Assembly: GCA_003693705.1 (NCBI GenBank)
Contig: RBZT01000527.1
Coordinates: 88,109 to 152,108 of the forward strand
Length of the DNA: 64,000 nt
From: Polymyxa betae A26-41
Lineage: Eukaryota; Protista; Endomyxa: Phytomyxea
Reading direction: 5' to 3'
This document shows positions 12,663 to 24,251 of the stretch, piece after piece. Below the pieces are notes generated by a model, which worked only from the letters and a program-made list of their open reading frames with translations, made no database searches and had not been told where the DNA came from. A program made the translations under genes and the position numbers. Each line of letters starts with the position of its first letter. Position 1 is the first letter of the stretch.

Positions 12663-12909
12663 GTCTGCCTTGCTTCTGACCCGTTGACCGTGCTGTCCGC
12701 ACCCTAAACATTGGAGCCGCGCAGCTGACTTGACGATTCCCGGTGCTTCCAGATAACACCAAGAACAGGTGAAGTTGAATAAACCACCGTCACCTTGGAC
12801 GAATGTCCAATGTGCCTCTGTGTAACATAATTGGACTGCGTTGCAGATGGTCTTGTTGTGATGAGGCAAGAGACTAGAGAGTGAAGAATCAAAAGTCTGC
12901 GTATGATCT

Positions 12910-13833
12910 ATGGCGAATACGACGACAACCCTGAAGTCGTTCGTCCAGATTGCTGATGGATTCTATCATCGTCGCGCATGCTTTATGAAGGGATATGTGC
13001 TGGACATCGGCACGCACATGGCGTTGTGTCGTCTAACCAATGGTCGTTATCTAGTCCTGGACACTGTGAAGCTGTCCGAGCACGATAAAGCTGATGTTAA
13101 TGCTCTAACTGATAGTGGAAACCTAATCGATGGCGTGATTGGTAAAATATCATATTTACAACTCAAATTTGTTTTCAATCGTGATAGCAACCCATCCGTT
13201 TCACACTGTAGCATTCCAAGATTTCTACGCGAATTTCCCAAATTTAAAATACTACGGAACACCTCGTCATTTACGTAATCTACCGACAATCCCTTGGACG
13301 GGCGACGTTAGCAATGCTGATGTTCGGAAACTGTGTATATCAGATCACTTTGGGAAGGTTTCTTAACTTTTAAAGCGTCGATAGGGGAACCCTATGGAGT
13401 GTACATGCGAATTCCAGATGGTAGCGAATTCGTCAATCCTGCTGAAGACAACCATTTCAGTAATGTCTTCGTATACCACAAGCCGAGTAAAACTGTGTTT
13501 AACGACGACACGATTTTATTCCTAAAAGTTTCCCGGCTTTCTCCGATATCTTGGTTTGTTAACCAAGGGATAATGTTCCATCCAACGTTAACCACTATTG
13601 GTCTTTATCCGACCAAAGAAGCGCCACTCGAATTTAAGTGCTGGATGACAGATATGCTGAACGATTGGGAGTTCGAACACCTATGTACGGCCCATAATTC
13701 TAATATTATCGGTGGTGCTCATGCTGCAGTTAAAAGTCTGCTTCAAAAAATTAGTCCTGTTCTTGATAATCTATCTGCAAAAAATGGAGCTCAAGAACAG
13801 CAGTCTTCAGAGCAAAAATCGGCAAGAGGGTAA
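12910..13833 (+). CDS. Metallo-beta-lactamase-fold / DUF4336-like protein, copy 2 (3 exons)
   Basis: Same motifs (YLVLDT, ATHPFHT, YYGTPRHLR, FNDDT, CTAHN) and identical intron positions to copy 1. Confidence 0.65.
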
Positions 13834-14093
13834 AACAATATCGGGAACGATCGTTTTTATTCGATCATAAATCTATGCAAATGGATTTTCAGAAAGTCGA
13901 ACCAATCCCCTGGCAATGGTTGTCATTGTTCTGGATAATATGCAGATACTCTAATCAATAATTGGCCGGAGCTATAGCGGTCGGTAATGATCGGTATGGA
14001 GTCAACTGAGAGGCACGAGTCCTTGTCGCTGATCGTTATTAGAAGCACCTCGGCAGAACTCAGACAAACCAGCAGTACGACCGAAATCGTACA

Positions 14094-14550
14094 ATGAGCG
14101 AGCACAGCGATGATAGTGACACTGAATTCTTTGAAGGCAAATATACAAAGGATGATGATGTTTTTGGTATTACCCCAAAAGGCAAGACCAAACTTATTGG
14201 TAGTTACGAATCAACTGCTGCTTCACGAAGTGCAGCGACATCACCAAAAACTCAATCGCCAACGTCGACATTTAAACCGAAACCGGTGAAACAAAAACTG
14301 CAAACGCAGCAAACTCAAGGATTCAACGGCAAAGCAACGTTTGGCAGCAAAGCAATGAGTAAAATCAACGCATTGCTGGGAAGGTCGAAACCATGGACAG
14401 AAGACGATCCGGTCAGAGAATGCAGATTATTTGCTTGATCCGGAACTGATCTGATTTTACAGCCAGCATCATTATTTTCAATTGAAGGCCATGCCAACTT
14501 CTTTGCCACTCTCGACGAGAGCGTCCTTGTTGATCATCCAAGCCTACTGA
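14094..14550 (+). CDS. Hypothetical low-complexity protein, 2 exons
   Basis: ORF 14094-14411 spliced GTCAGA..ACAG to PASLFSIEGHANFFATLDESVLVDHPSLLI*. Confidence 0.5.
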
Positions 14551-14665
14551 TATAGTAGTAAATGTCATGGAATAAGTAAAACGTCAAAGTATACTGTTAG
14601 GCCATCTCCAGAAGTGATAACAAAACAGCCATTCAAATCGATTTGTGTTTGGCGACGCGACGCCA

Positions 14666-14794
14666 CGTTTGGATGCCACGGAAAAACCCGATTTTTGCGC
14701 CAAAATCCGGTTTTAAAATCCTATTCTGACTTGGATTTTCGACTGAAAAACCGGATGTTAGCGCAAAAACGGGGTTTTCCGTGTCATCCAAACG
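14666..14794. mobile_element. Fold-back / Tourist-like MITE remnant
   Basis: About 49-bp imperfect inverted arms (cgtttggatgccacggaaaaacccgatttttgcgccaaaatccggtttt vs aaaaaccggatgttagcgcaaaaacggggttttccgtgtcatccaaacg); right side continues ...ccaaacgcgccct-TAA. Confidence 0.65.
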
Positions 14795-14854
14795 CGCCCT
14801 TAACGCATACCTAGCCATCAGGCCACGCCGCCGTGTCGCAACCAAACTTCCAAC

Positions 14855-15634
14855 ATGATGGCTCATGGCTCTCAACGTTCTTACCTGTTCTTTTACAATT
14901 CTTTATCCTGCATCCTCTGGCTTCATGTATTCTCCCTTCTAGCTCGTAGTGTGATCCAGGGCACCATATCGACCAGCTTCTTTTCCGATCATCAATTGGC
15001 GATCTGCCTGGCGCAATTCATTGCCGTGTTCGAGATTGTTCATGCTGCTCTTGGTTGGGTCTCTTCTCCTGTCTTAACTGTCGCAATTCAAGTCGGATCA
15101 AGGTTTCTTGTTCTCTTCGGTATCTTGAATCAGGTTTGCTTAGGAAACTGAACTACCAAGGGTTTCTCATTGTTTGTCTATCTAGGTAAAGTCACTGCAG
15201 ACGCATTGGGTAGTTTTAATACTACTGTTTGCATGGGCATCTTCAGAGATCCCTCGCTACCTTTATTATGCAATGAACCTTTGCGGTGCGGTTCCATACT
15301 GGCTGCTTTGGATGCGATATTCTTTCTTTCTGGTATAATGAAAATCTGAGATTGTTCTTATTGCTCAAACAAGCACAATTAGGTTCTGTATCCTCTTGGG
15401 ATATCATCCGAATTGTTTTGCATCTTCAATGGGATGTCACTCTTTAAAGAAACAGGGAAGTGGAGTATTGAGATGCCAAATCAATTCAATTTCGCCTTTT
15501 CATATTACTATCTGTTAATCTGGATCTTAATCCTTTATGTTCCTGGATCACCTCACATGTATCTGCACATGTACCGCCAGCGTGCCAAGCATTTAGCACC
15601 GAAGACCAACAAAATGCTTTTTAAAAAAGCTTAA
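14855..15634 (+). CDS. HACD: Very-long-chain 3-hydroxyacyl-CoA dehydratase (PTPLA/PHS1 family), 3 exons
   Basis: YLFFYN, FEIVHAALG, QVGSR, WASSEIPRYLYY, LWMRYSFFLVLYPLGISSE, YLHMYRQRAKHL. Confidence 0.92.
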
Positions 15635-15689
15635 ATGTTTCAACACATTTTATATGTTTAATAATCGTATTCATAAATAGAGACTGGTC

Positions 15690-17502
15690 TTAACGACGTC
15701 CGAGTTTGACAGAAACTAAGCGTCCTTTACTTCGCTTGTCACGCTCCATCCGATCGAGTGTCTTCTTCACACGGGCCGCTCTCGATAAATCACCAGCAGC
15801 GGCAACTCGCCGAGGCTCGACTTCCTCATCCATATCGGGCACACGAGATTGTGGCATTATACAGTAATCAAACACCGCTTTCTCTGGACGAGCAGCATGA
15901 TGGCTTTGATAATTAATCATGGGTCGGTCTGATGACGACTTCAGCTTTGCTAAGCGGCTCTTCGTCTGTGCAGCGTTTTTTTCAGCATAATCATGAATCT
16001 TTCGGTAATCAGTATCAGCTTGCATTAAAGGACGCGACCATTTTTCAATCAACGAATGCAGAAGGTGGCGATTCTTTGGCGTTTCTTGTTTCTTCTTCCA
16101 AATATTCATCAGCACTATACCCAAACCCTCGCTTTCATGAAGATAATCACTGTCGATTGGTAGGATCTGCAACAGTTCGTATATGCGAGTCCTTAAAGTC
16201 AAATTCGGTAACGAGCCATCCGGCAAATTCTGAAGCCAATCACGAAACTTTCGTAAAAGGCCCGAATCAAGAAGCATTTCATGCATGCGTGACTTTCTGC
16301 ACTCAGCTTCGACTTCGTCGAGGAGCTTTAACTTTTGAACTGCGGGTTTCTTCTGCCTGTAGGCTTCTTCGTCTGCCTGAACAGGATGTCACAAGATTGA
16401 GGTGAAAATACGTTCGATATCACCTCGCAGGCTTTTTCCATACGTTCGATTAAGTCAGGTGCAATAGCCTCCATCTCCTCAGTCGTCATTTCTATCTTCT
16501 TGCGGCTACGGCGCCCCAGTTTCATCGATTGTACTACACGGTCGAAAATCGATAATTCCTTTTCTTCCTTATCTTCTTCATCACTGGATTCAATGGATTC
16601 TTCAGTGGGTTCACTCTGAACGGCTTTTCTCAACTTTCGTTTCTTTTTTGCTGGCTGAGTTTCGTTTACTTCAGCATTTTGCTGATCTTGGGATTCTTTC
16701 GGATTTGACAATCTCCATTCGGCCATCTCCTTTTGGAATCTTTCCTTATCGGCAGCAGCTTTTTCAAGAAAAGGCTGCATTTTATAGACTTTAACAAAAC
16801 GTACATAAAAACAGATTTAACGAACCTTTTTGTCCTCATCAGAAAGTTCTTTCCACAAATTTCCAAGCAACCTTCCCAGCTCTTCAAAGGTGATATCAGC
16901 GTTCTCTTCCTTTATACGAGGCCTTCTATCTTGAGAAAAAAACATGAAAGCAGTAAGAGGGCGTTTAGGCTGTCCGGGAGCCGCCTTTTTTGTTCTCTTC
17001 TTAGGGATCTTAGATCTAAACGAAATTAGAGCTGAATCAGTAAAGTGTTTGGACATACAGCCTAGATTTTTTTCTCTTCTTCTGAGGTTCCTCTTCATCT
17101 TCGTCGTGATCAGGATCCTCATGAGCGCTATCATCAGATGGAGCAAACGAGCCGTGCTCGGACTCGTAATCAATTTCGGCAGATTTCTCATCGATAAATT
17201 TCTGCAATAGATCCTTGATGCGATTCTTCTCGGCTTTACTAAGTTCATCAATGTTGAGCTACACAAGTTTAAACGGGACGACTTAAACTCGAACACAAAG
17301 AGGTCACCTCAGCCATCACTCGTTGTCGAACCCCTCTTTCAGTCATATCGGGCGATTGAAGGTCAAGTTCGGATAGCACCTTGTGCATGGCATCATCCAG
17401 CCCTGGAGAAAGGCGGTCTGGGTCGGGCTTCTCAGATGATCCGGCGACATCGCCGTTCTGATTAGAAGCCTGATCTGCAGCGATGGGATCCTCAGTGGCC
17501 AT
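15690..17502 (-). CDS. IWS1: IWS1/Spn1 elongation factor with N-terminal DEK-C-like and HMG-box domains, 5 exons
   Basis: IWS1 core KKPAVQKLKLL..WLQNLPDGSLPNLTLR..LIEKWSRP; HMG box PKRPLTAFMFFSQDRRPRIKEEN..LGNLWKELSDEDKKPFLEKAAADKERF; DEK-C-like DDAMHKVLSELDLQSPDMTERGVRQRV. Confidence 0.85.
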
Positions 17503-18000
17503 TTTGACGTCAAGCGGACAACGACGTCAGCCGACCGATTGGTAGGATTGATGGGTAATAGAGCCTGCCGGCCGCACTATGTGATTGCCCGTCAGTATTC
17601 GGTCATTCGTCCATATCACGAACCTTCGCCAAATCACTTTGTGTGATACATTTCAATCCAGGCTTCTTGATATTCTGGTTTATCGAGGAGAACATGCTTG
17701 TGGACGGATTGACTTGATATCGAAGATCATTCAATTTATTTAGATACTGAGATGCTGCCTAAATGTATAGTCTGGTAGAATTCCACAAAGTACCCTACTG
17801 TTGACAGGTTGTCGATTAGACTGGTAATATGCTCAGTTTCTGGATGCAGCATTGAACTTGAAAGCTTGACAAGAACAAATTTCAATCTGCGCAGTTCTAA
17901 ATCTCTAGTACAGTAGGCAAATACCTACAGGGAATCCGGTTTGTCTGGTCTCTTTCGTCACGAGCAAATTTCGGTTGTCAAAATCGTTTTTAAATCCGCC

Positions 18001-19428
18001 ATGGATACAATCGACTTCGACGCTGTTATCCAAAATCCGTTGAAATTCATTGATGACATCTTCCAGCGAGTCAAATCACCTTTACAATCGACCGATACAG
18101 ATTGGGGAGAAGAGAAGCTCTTAGAGGAAGTCGCTGAAGCTGTCAAGAGCAAACTTGAACCATGTGGTGATGGTTTGATTCGACTATGTGGAATGATAAC
18201 AGAGAGCAAAGGCAGTGAATTCTATAGTGGCGTATATCGTGATCCAGTCAGCAATCAGGTTCATTCAGGAAAGTATCGAGATTCTGCCCCGTACGATTGC
18301 TGTGATGAGCAATCTCAACGTGTATTCGCTCGTGAAGTCTTCGTTCTGTCAGAAATCCCAGGTCCAAGTTCCTGGATCAAGTGTTCGAATCCTTTCCTAA
18401 GTACAGATCGGGTGTTCTTGAAGGTTCTGGAGCAAGGCAAGATGTATCAAGTTGGGCAACTGGTCGACGTAATTGGAATTCGATCTCAGGAATCACCCTC
18501 AATCATTCATCAAGTATGGAGCCAGGAATTCTCTTTGTTCTCGATGTCGAAGCCAATGTCAAGTCTGTTATCGGTTCGAGGAGATCTCATCCAGTTCCTT
18601 GCTTATGCTCTTGGAAATGACTATAAGGCTGCCCAATATGTTCTTATACATATGATATCACGAGTTCATTCCCGAGTTCCTCAACAAAGTGTCGCTATCG
18701 GCAACTTTCCAATTCACTTACTGCCGTCGACAGAAGCGGCCGCTCTGATCATGTCGAACAGAATTCAAGAATTGTACTCGCTGTTATTGCCTTTTACTAC
18801 GAGTTTGGATGTTTCCATAGAGACGTTGTCCTCTTTTACGAAAATCAGTCCTCGAATGGATTACGAAGCAGAAGAACTGATCTCTGGGCCTCTACATCTA
18901 GCCCCCGGAACTGTACTGATCCTCGATCAAACAAAGATGGAGTCAGGAAAACTAGAAGAGCATGCCCTTCGAAATCTGAAAACTCTCCAACGCTTGGCAA
19001 GCGAACAGAAGTTATCGTTTGATTTCATGTATGATATCGACTTCGAAGTTGATATCCCTGTTCTCGTAATGGCTAAAGAGAGAACTACATTAATACCCAC
19101 TCAATATAAGGTCGGGATTGGTGGAGTTGATCCTCTTCCAGAATATATTGATTATCGTATTGACGACGGTATTTTGGAGGGCTGGCGACAATATATTGCA
19201 TCTGCCCGACGAATGACAGTACAGCTATCTGAAGGGATCAGTGAAAAAGCCAGAAAGGACTTCCTCGATCACAAACTCAAGGCTGAGGAAATGCATCAAG
19301 TTCTCAACCTCGCACGTTTACTGAGCGCTTCTTATTTGGAATCGGAATTTACTGAGGCCATCTGGGACGAAGCCTTCTCATTGGAAAAGGATCGGTCCAA
19401 TAATTTCTCTACAAACAGTAAATGCTGA
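18001..19428 (+). CDS. MCMBP: Mini-chromosome maintenance complex-binding protein, intronless
   Basis: LGNDYKAAQYVLIHMISRV, PRMDYEAEELISGPLHLAPGTVLILDQTKMESGKL, QKLSFDF. Confidence 0.88.
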   Translation: MDTIDFDAVIQNPLKFIDDIFQRVKSPLQSTDTDWGEEKLLEEVAEAVKSKLEPCGDGLIRLCGMITESKGSEFYSGVYRDPVSNQVHSGKYRDSAPYDCCDEQSQRVFAREVFVLSEIPGPSSWIKCSNPFLSTDRVFLKVLEQGKMYQVGQLVDVIGIRSQESPSIIHQVWSQEFSLFSMSKPMSSLLSVRGDLIQFLAYALGNDYKAAQYVLIHMISRVHSRVPQQSVAIGNFPIHLLPSTEAAALIMSNRIQELYSLLLPFTTSLDVSIETLSSFTKISPRMDYEAEELISGPLHLAPGTVLILDQTKMESGKLEEHALRNLKTLQRLASEQKLSFDFMYDIDFEVDIPVLVMAKERTTLIPTQYKVGIGGVDPLPEYIDYRIDDGILEGWRQYIASARRMTVQLSEGISEKARKDFLDHKLKAEEMHQVLNLARLLSASYLESEFTEAIWDEAFSLEKDRSNNFSTNSKC

Positions 19429-19978
19429 TATGGTTAATAATGTTGCTGCAAAGATGAACGTGTCACCTCAAGTGATGCCAAAACTGTGTCCCAGAGGTCT
19501 GCTAGGTGAATACGAATGAAATATCACATAGATTCGGCACAGGTAGTTCGTCAGCAATAATCCGTACAACGACTAACGTCAGCAACATGTGGCTGAGTCT
19601 TTCTTAACGATAGGACAGCATTCCATTCACCTTGTTAGTCCTTGGCATGATGTGTATAGAAGCCTTGCAGTGTGACGTCGCTGAAACAGCAATGGACACA
19701 GCCGATTTCTGACAACGAAAGCTGTTTTGATTTACAACTGGATTGCATCTATCCGACTACAGTAATGTGTTTGTACAATCGACATCAGTGATTCTTCCAG
19801 ATCACAATCACGTGTGTAGTCCTCAGGTGCAGTCCTACCTTCAAGCTGGCAGTGTATTGAAGCTATAATAGTGATTGTAAAGAACGCAGTTGATGTGGTG
19901 ACGGGGATGGGATTGAGCGCGGCCCTCTCCTGACATGTCATTAGATTTCATATTGAGGATTGCACTTCATCGGAGGCC

Positions 19979-22900
19979 ATGTCAAGCACACAATATCAAT
20001 ATGTGGTGACAGCTCACAAGCCCACCATTGTTAACCAGGCCGTCGTCGCCGATTTTTGCTCACCTCGTAATCTGATCCTTGCTCGTTTGACTTGGTTGCA
20101 AGTATGGACCGCCAGCCGATCGGCCTTCTCCATGGATATTGACTATCCAGTTTATGGACGTATCGTGGTTCTACGATCATTTAGACCACGATCTTCGTCT
20201 TTAGATTGGTTGTTTCTGATGACGGAGCGGTTACAGTTCTTTGTCATCGCCTATAACAAATCTACTGGCCGAATCGACACTAAAGCCAGCGGAGATGCTT
20301 CAGACAGAATTGGTCGCCTATCCGAATCCGGCATTAAAGGCTTGGTTGATCCAGGCTGCACAATGATTGCAATGCAAATATATGATGGGCTGTTAAAGGT
20401 CGTCCCCTTGAGCGATGGAGGGATAACATATGGCTCAGCGTATAATATGCGATTCGAAGAGTTGATCATTGTATCAATGACATTCCTTTCCGTGTCGCCG
20501 ACAGGCGTTCCAACCTTGATTGTTCTGTTCGAAGACGCTCGGCGCCAGCGATTCGTTCGAACATACACTGTGGATATGGAGATGAAGGAGCTCAAACGCG
20601 GCCAATGGCCTGATGCGTCTGTTGATTTCAGCGCTGAACGAATTGAAGCTGTTCCGTCGCCACTCGGCGGCTATCTCGTCTTCACTAATAATCAGATTAT
20701 ATATCGTAATGGCAATGTTGCACTTTCAACTGCCACTAGCGGGTCACCTGTGACTGCATTTGGGCGAGTTGATCAAGATGGGTCTCGCTCGCTGATTGGA
20801 GATGGTGATGGCTCTTTATTCGTGTTACAGCTCAAACAGCAAAATGATGTGGTCATCGGTATGGAGCTTGAACGTATTGGGCATGTGTCACAACCTTCTA
20901 CTCTTTCGTATATCGACAATGGATTCGTATTTATCGGATCGCTTTACGGTGACTCCATGCTGGTTCGACTAACTTCTGAACCTGACACCAATGGAGAGTG
21001 AGCAATAATGGTTACTCATTTTTTTGCCGCTTATTCTGTTGGTAGGTTTGTGAGTGTTCAAGAGCTGTTTCCGAATCTTGGTCCTATTTGTGATATGGCC
21101 GTTCTCAATATGGAACAGAGATGTGGGCAATGCCAGCTTATAACGTGCTCTGGTACATTCGGGGACGGATCTCTTCGAGTTGTCTGTAATGGTATTGGAA
21201 TGCAAGTACATAGTACGGCATCTATAGCTGGATTTGAGAGTCTCTGGTCTGTTCGACCCTTTTACAAAGCCCGTCATCATCAACTTCTCGTTCAGTCATT
21301 TCCACGTGAAACCCGAGTCTTCGAAATTATTGAACCCAGCCATGATAATGGAGTCCTTGGTGAATACCATTTGATTGAGACTGCTGAAACTGGTTTGAAC
21401 TATTCCCAGCAAACGCTCTTCTGCGGCAACATTTTGCCAGATTTCGTTGTGCAAGTCACTCCTTTCTCTGTTCGAACGATCTCTCCTCAGACATGGAAAA
21501 CCGCTCATGAATGGACTCGTGATTCTCGAGAAGCGGATCCGCATAATGGCCCAATCTCACTGGGTACTGCTGCCGGAAACATTATTGTGGTCGTGCTTGA
21601 CAATGCCGTTTTGCAGTATTTGTTAGTTGATAATAGTGGCGTCATTCAACCAGGCCCTCAACGCTTTTTTGAGGACGATATCTCATGCTTGAGCATTGAA
21701 CCCCAGCACAAAATCATCACAGTTGGTTTTTGGTCGTCAGCTTCAGTTCGGGTATTATCTTTACCCAACTTCGAAACATTGGCTGAATCCACAAGTTTCG
21801 GGGAGTTTAGCCTTCCACGCTCTGTTTCTCTAACTCGATTCACTCCAACTTCTCCTCTTTACCTAGTCTGCGGATTATCAGACGGTGTTGTCGTCAGTTA
21901 TACAGTTGAAATCGTTGACAACAACCCAGCTGTTTTTCTTAAGGACGTTAGTCGGGTCATTGTCGGAACATATCCAGTCAATTTAACTAGCTTCAATGCA
22001 CGATCAAAGACTTTTCTTTTTGTCCTGTGTGATCGCCCGAATCTGATTGGATACGGAGGTGTTGGTCAAGAGCATGATCTTATATTTACCAGCTGCAATG
22101 TCCAGAATGTGCTCTGTATGGCTCCTTTCAACATTCGTGGTGTTCCAACCTGTGTCATACTCGGTTCTGGAAACGACTTGACTGCTGGATTACTGGATTC
22201 TTCTCAAAAGCTTCACATTCGGCAAGTTCCGCTTTATCAGCAACCCAGGCGTATTGTCCATCACCCCAGCTCACACTGCCTTCTCGTATGTACCCTAGCG
22301 CTTGCAGATCAGTCTATGATTCCGTTAAAACCGGACGATCCCATTGAAATGCATTATATCAAACTCTTTGATGACCAAACTTTCCAAGAACTGCAATCGA
22401 TTCAGTTGCAGCCATTCGAGAATGTAATTTCGGCGATTCTGGCACCTTTAGACGGACAAGATTATTTCGTCGTTGGAACCGGGTTTACGATACCAGGGGA
22501 TGAAGATGCACAATCAGGTCGTATTCTCGTCTATGCGATTGATGCAAAACGCAGACTACTGATTCTGGATTCTCAAAAATCTGTCAATGGAGGTGTTTAT
22601 GCATTAAATGCATTTGCTGGAAAGATTCTCTCGACAGTGAACAGCATGATTTGCCTATGGTCTCGAGCTTCTGAACCGAGTGATGACGACGAGGACGATC
22701 TTTGCACCCGTACTCTTGTCTGTGAATGCTCCCGTTATGGGCACGTACTGTCCCTTTACCTGAAATCGTATGGCAACTACTTTATTGTTGGTGATTTATT
22801 GAAGAGTGTTTCCCTAATCGTCTACGATCCATCCGAGAACTGTATGCGGGAGATTGCACGTGATTATGACGCAAACTGGGCCTGCTGCATTGAAATGCTA

Positions 22901-23455
22901 AACGAAAGCATCTATCTCTGTGCTAACAACTCTTACAACTTGTTAACCATGACAAGAAACGTGGTAGCCCTGGATGAAGAAGAGCGTTCAAGACTGGAGG
23001 TTCCAGGTCGTTTCCATTTGGGGGAGCTCGTGAACGTTATGCATCACGGCTCTTTAGTCGCTACACAGAATTTAGAGATTCACCCACAAGTGATATTCGG
23101 GACTACAAGTGGAATGATCGGTGTAATGGCATCGTTGACCGAGAAACAGTTTGCTGTCTTATTGAAACTACAATCAACGTTGCAGCGCGAACTCAAGAGT
23201 TTGGGAAGCCTTTCGCACTCGGTTTGGAGGTCATACCACAATATGGAAGGAATTGTAGAGACTCTGGAGTCAAGAAATTTCATTGACGGCGACTTAATTG
23301 AACGCTTTGAGACTCTGAACCCGAAAAGACAACAAAAGGTAATTGTTCTCCTAAACCACTGCATATTTTATTCATTTTTGCAGATCGCACAAGAGATCGA
23401 CATGCCACTTGACAAGTTGCTTCATCAGATTCAGCGCCTTCAATTAATCTACTAA
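19979..23455 (+). CDS. DDB1: DNA damage-binding protein 1 (CUL4 adaptor), 3 exons; first intron 20998-21045
   Basis: YVVTAHKPT, NLGPICDM, TCSGTFGDGSLRVVCNGIG, VGDLLKS, FHLGELVN, NFIDGDLIERF. Confidence 0.97.
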
Positions 23456-23520
23456 TTATATACTGACATCTGTACTAACCGATAATATAGAATGTATCCA
23501 AACAATTTATTCAATTGTAC

Positions 23521-23912
23521 TCAATGGTGGTCATCGGATTCATGAACGAAACGAGCTCCACAGTATTTGCAGGTCTCGATCTTATTCGGCTCTCGAGTAT
23601 CCAACTGTAAATCTCACCGTTAGAGAATGAATCATCATCGAAAACACTTACCATAATGTATTCAACAGGATGGCCTAATGGACCACCGCCACCGTCGCAT
23701 ACAGCAACATATGCTTTGACTTTAACCGGTGGAACTTGGTCAATCAGGTCGATGGCAGGTTTTGGACGTAGCCTTTGGTCTTCACCAGACAGCTTGCGCC
23801 CCGCGCCACTATTGCTGCTGTCGTTGGTGACGAAGCGAATGGCCCGGCTGCTGATCAGTGGGCGACATGATGGAAGTAGACGACAGATAGTAGTGGAGCG
23901 AATGCCTCTCAT
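23521..23912 (-). CDS. NDUFS6: Complex I zinc-binding subunit (zf-CHCC), 2 exons
   Basis: Arg/Ser-rich mitochondrial presequence; AIDLIDQVPP, CDGGGGPLGHPVEYI, spliced to TCKYCGARF. Confidence 0.93.
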
Positions 23913-24251
23913 GGTTGGAAGTTGGGCTGATCGCCCAAATAACGGGCAGGTCACCTTATCGTAATAAGGTCCTTTGTAATCTGTAGGTACAGACAGTATG
24001 ACACATTTAATTCGGACTAATGATTATGTTGTCAGACCAACATTGATGATTCTTTTCCGCTTTTTACTACATTAGTCATCGTATACACTGATAGTTCGTT
24101 AGCTGACATCAACTATAAAGCAATTGGGGTTTCTTGTGCTTGATATCCATTTCTCTGGATTAGGGTTTTAGGGTTTACAGTATCCTGTGACCGCTCTTTT
24201 CACTGTCGATGCCGTAACGAAAACGTGTTTTCGTATTCGAGCTTCGAGGAG

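Noticed and set aside
19430-19941. Minus-strand 69-aa ORF between MCMBP and DDB1
   Set aside because: No motif, and alternative splicings terminate quickly
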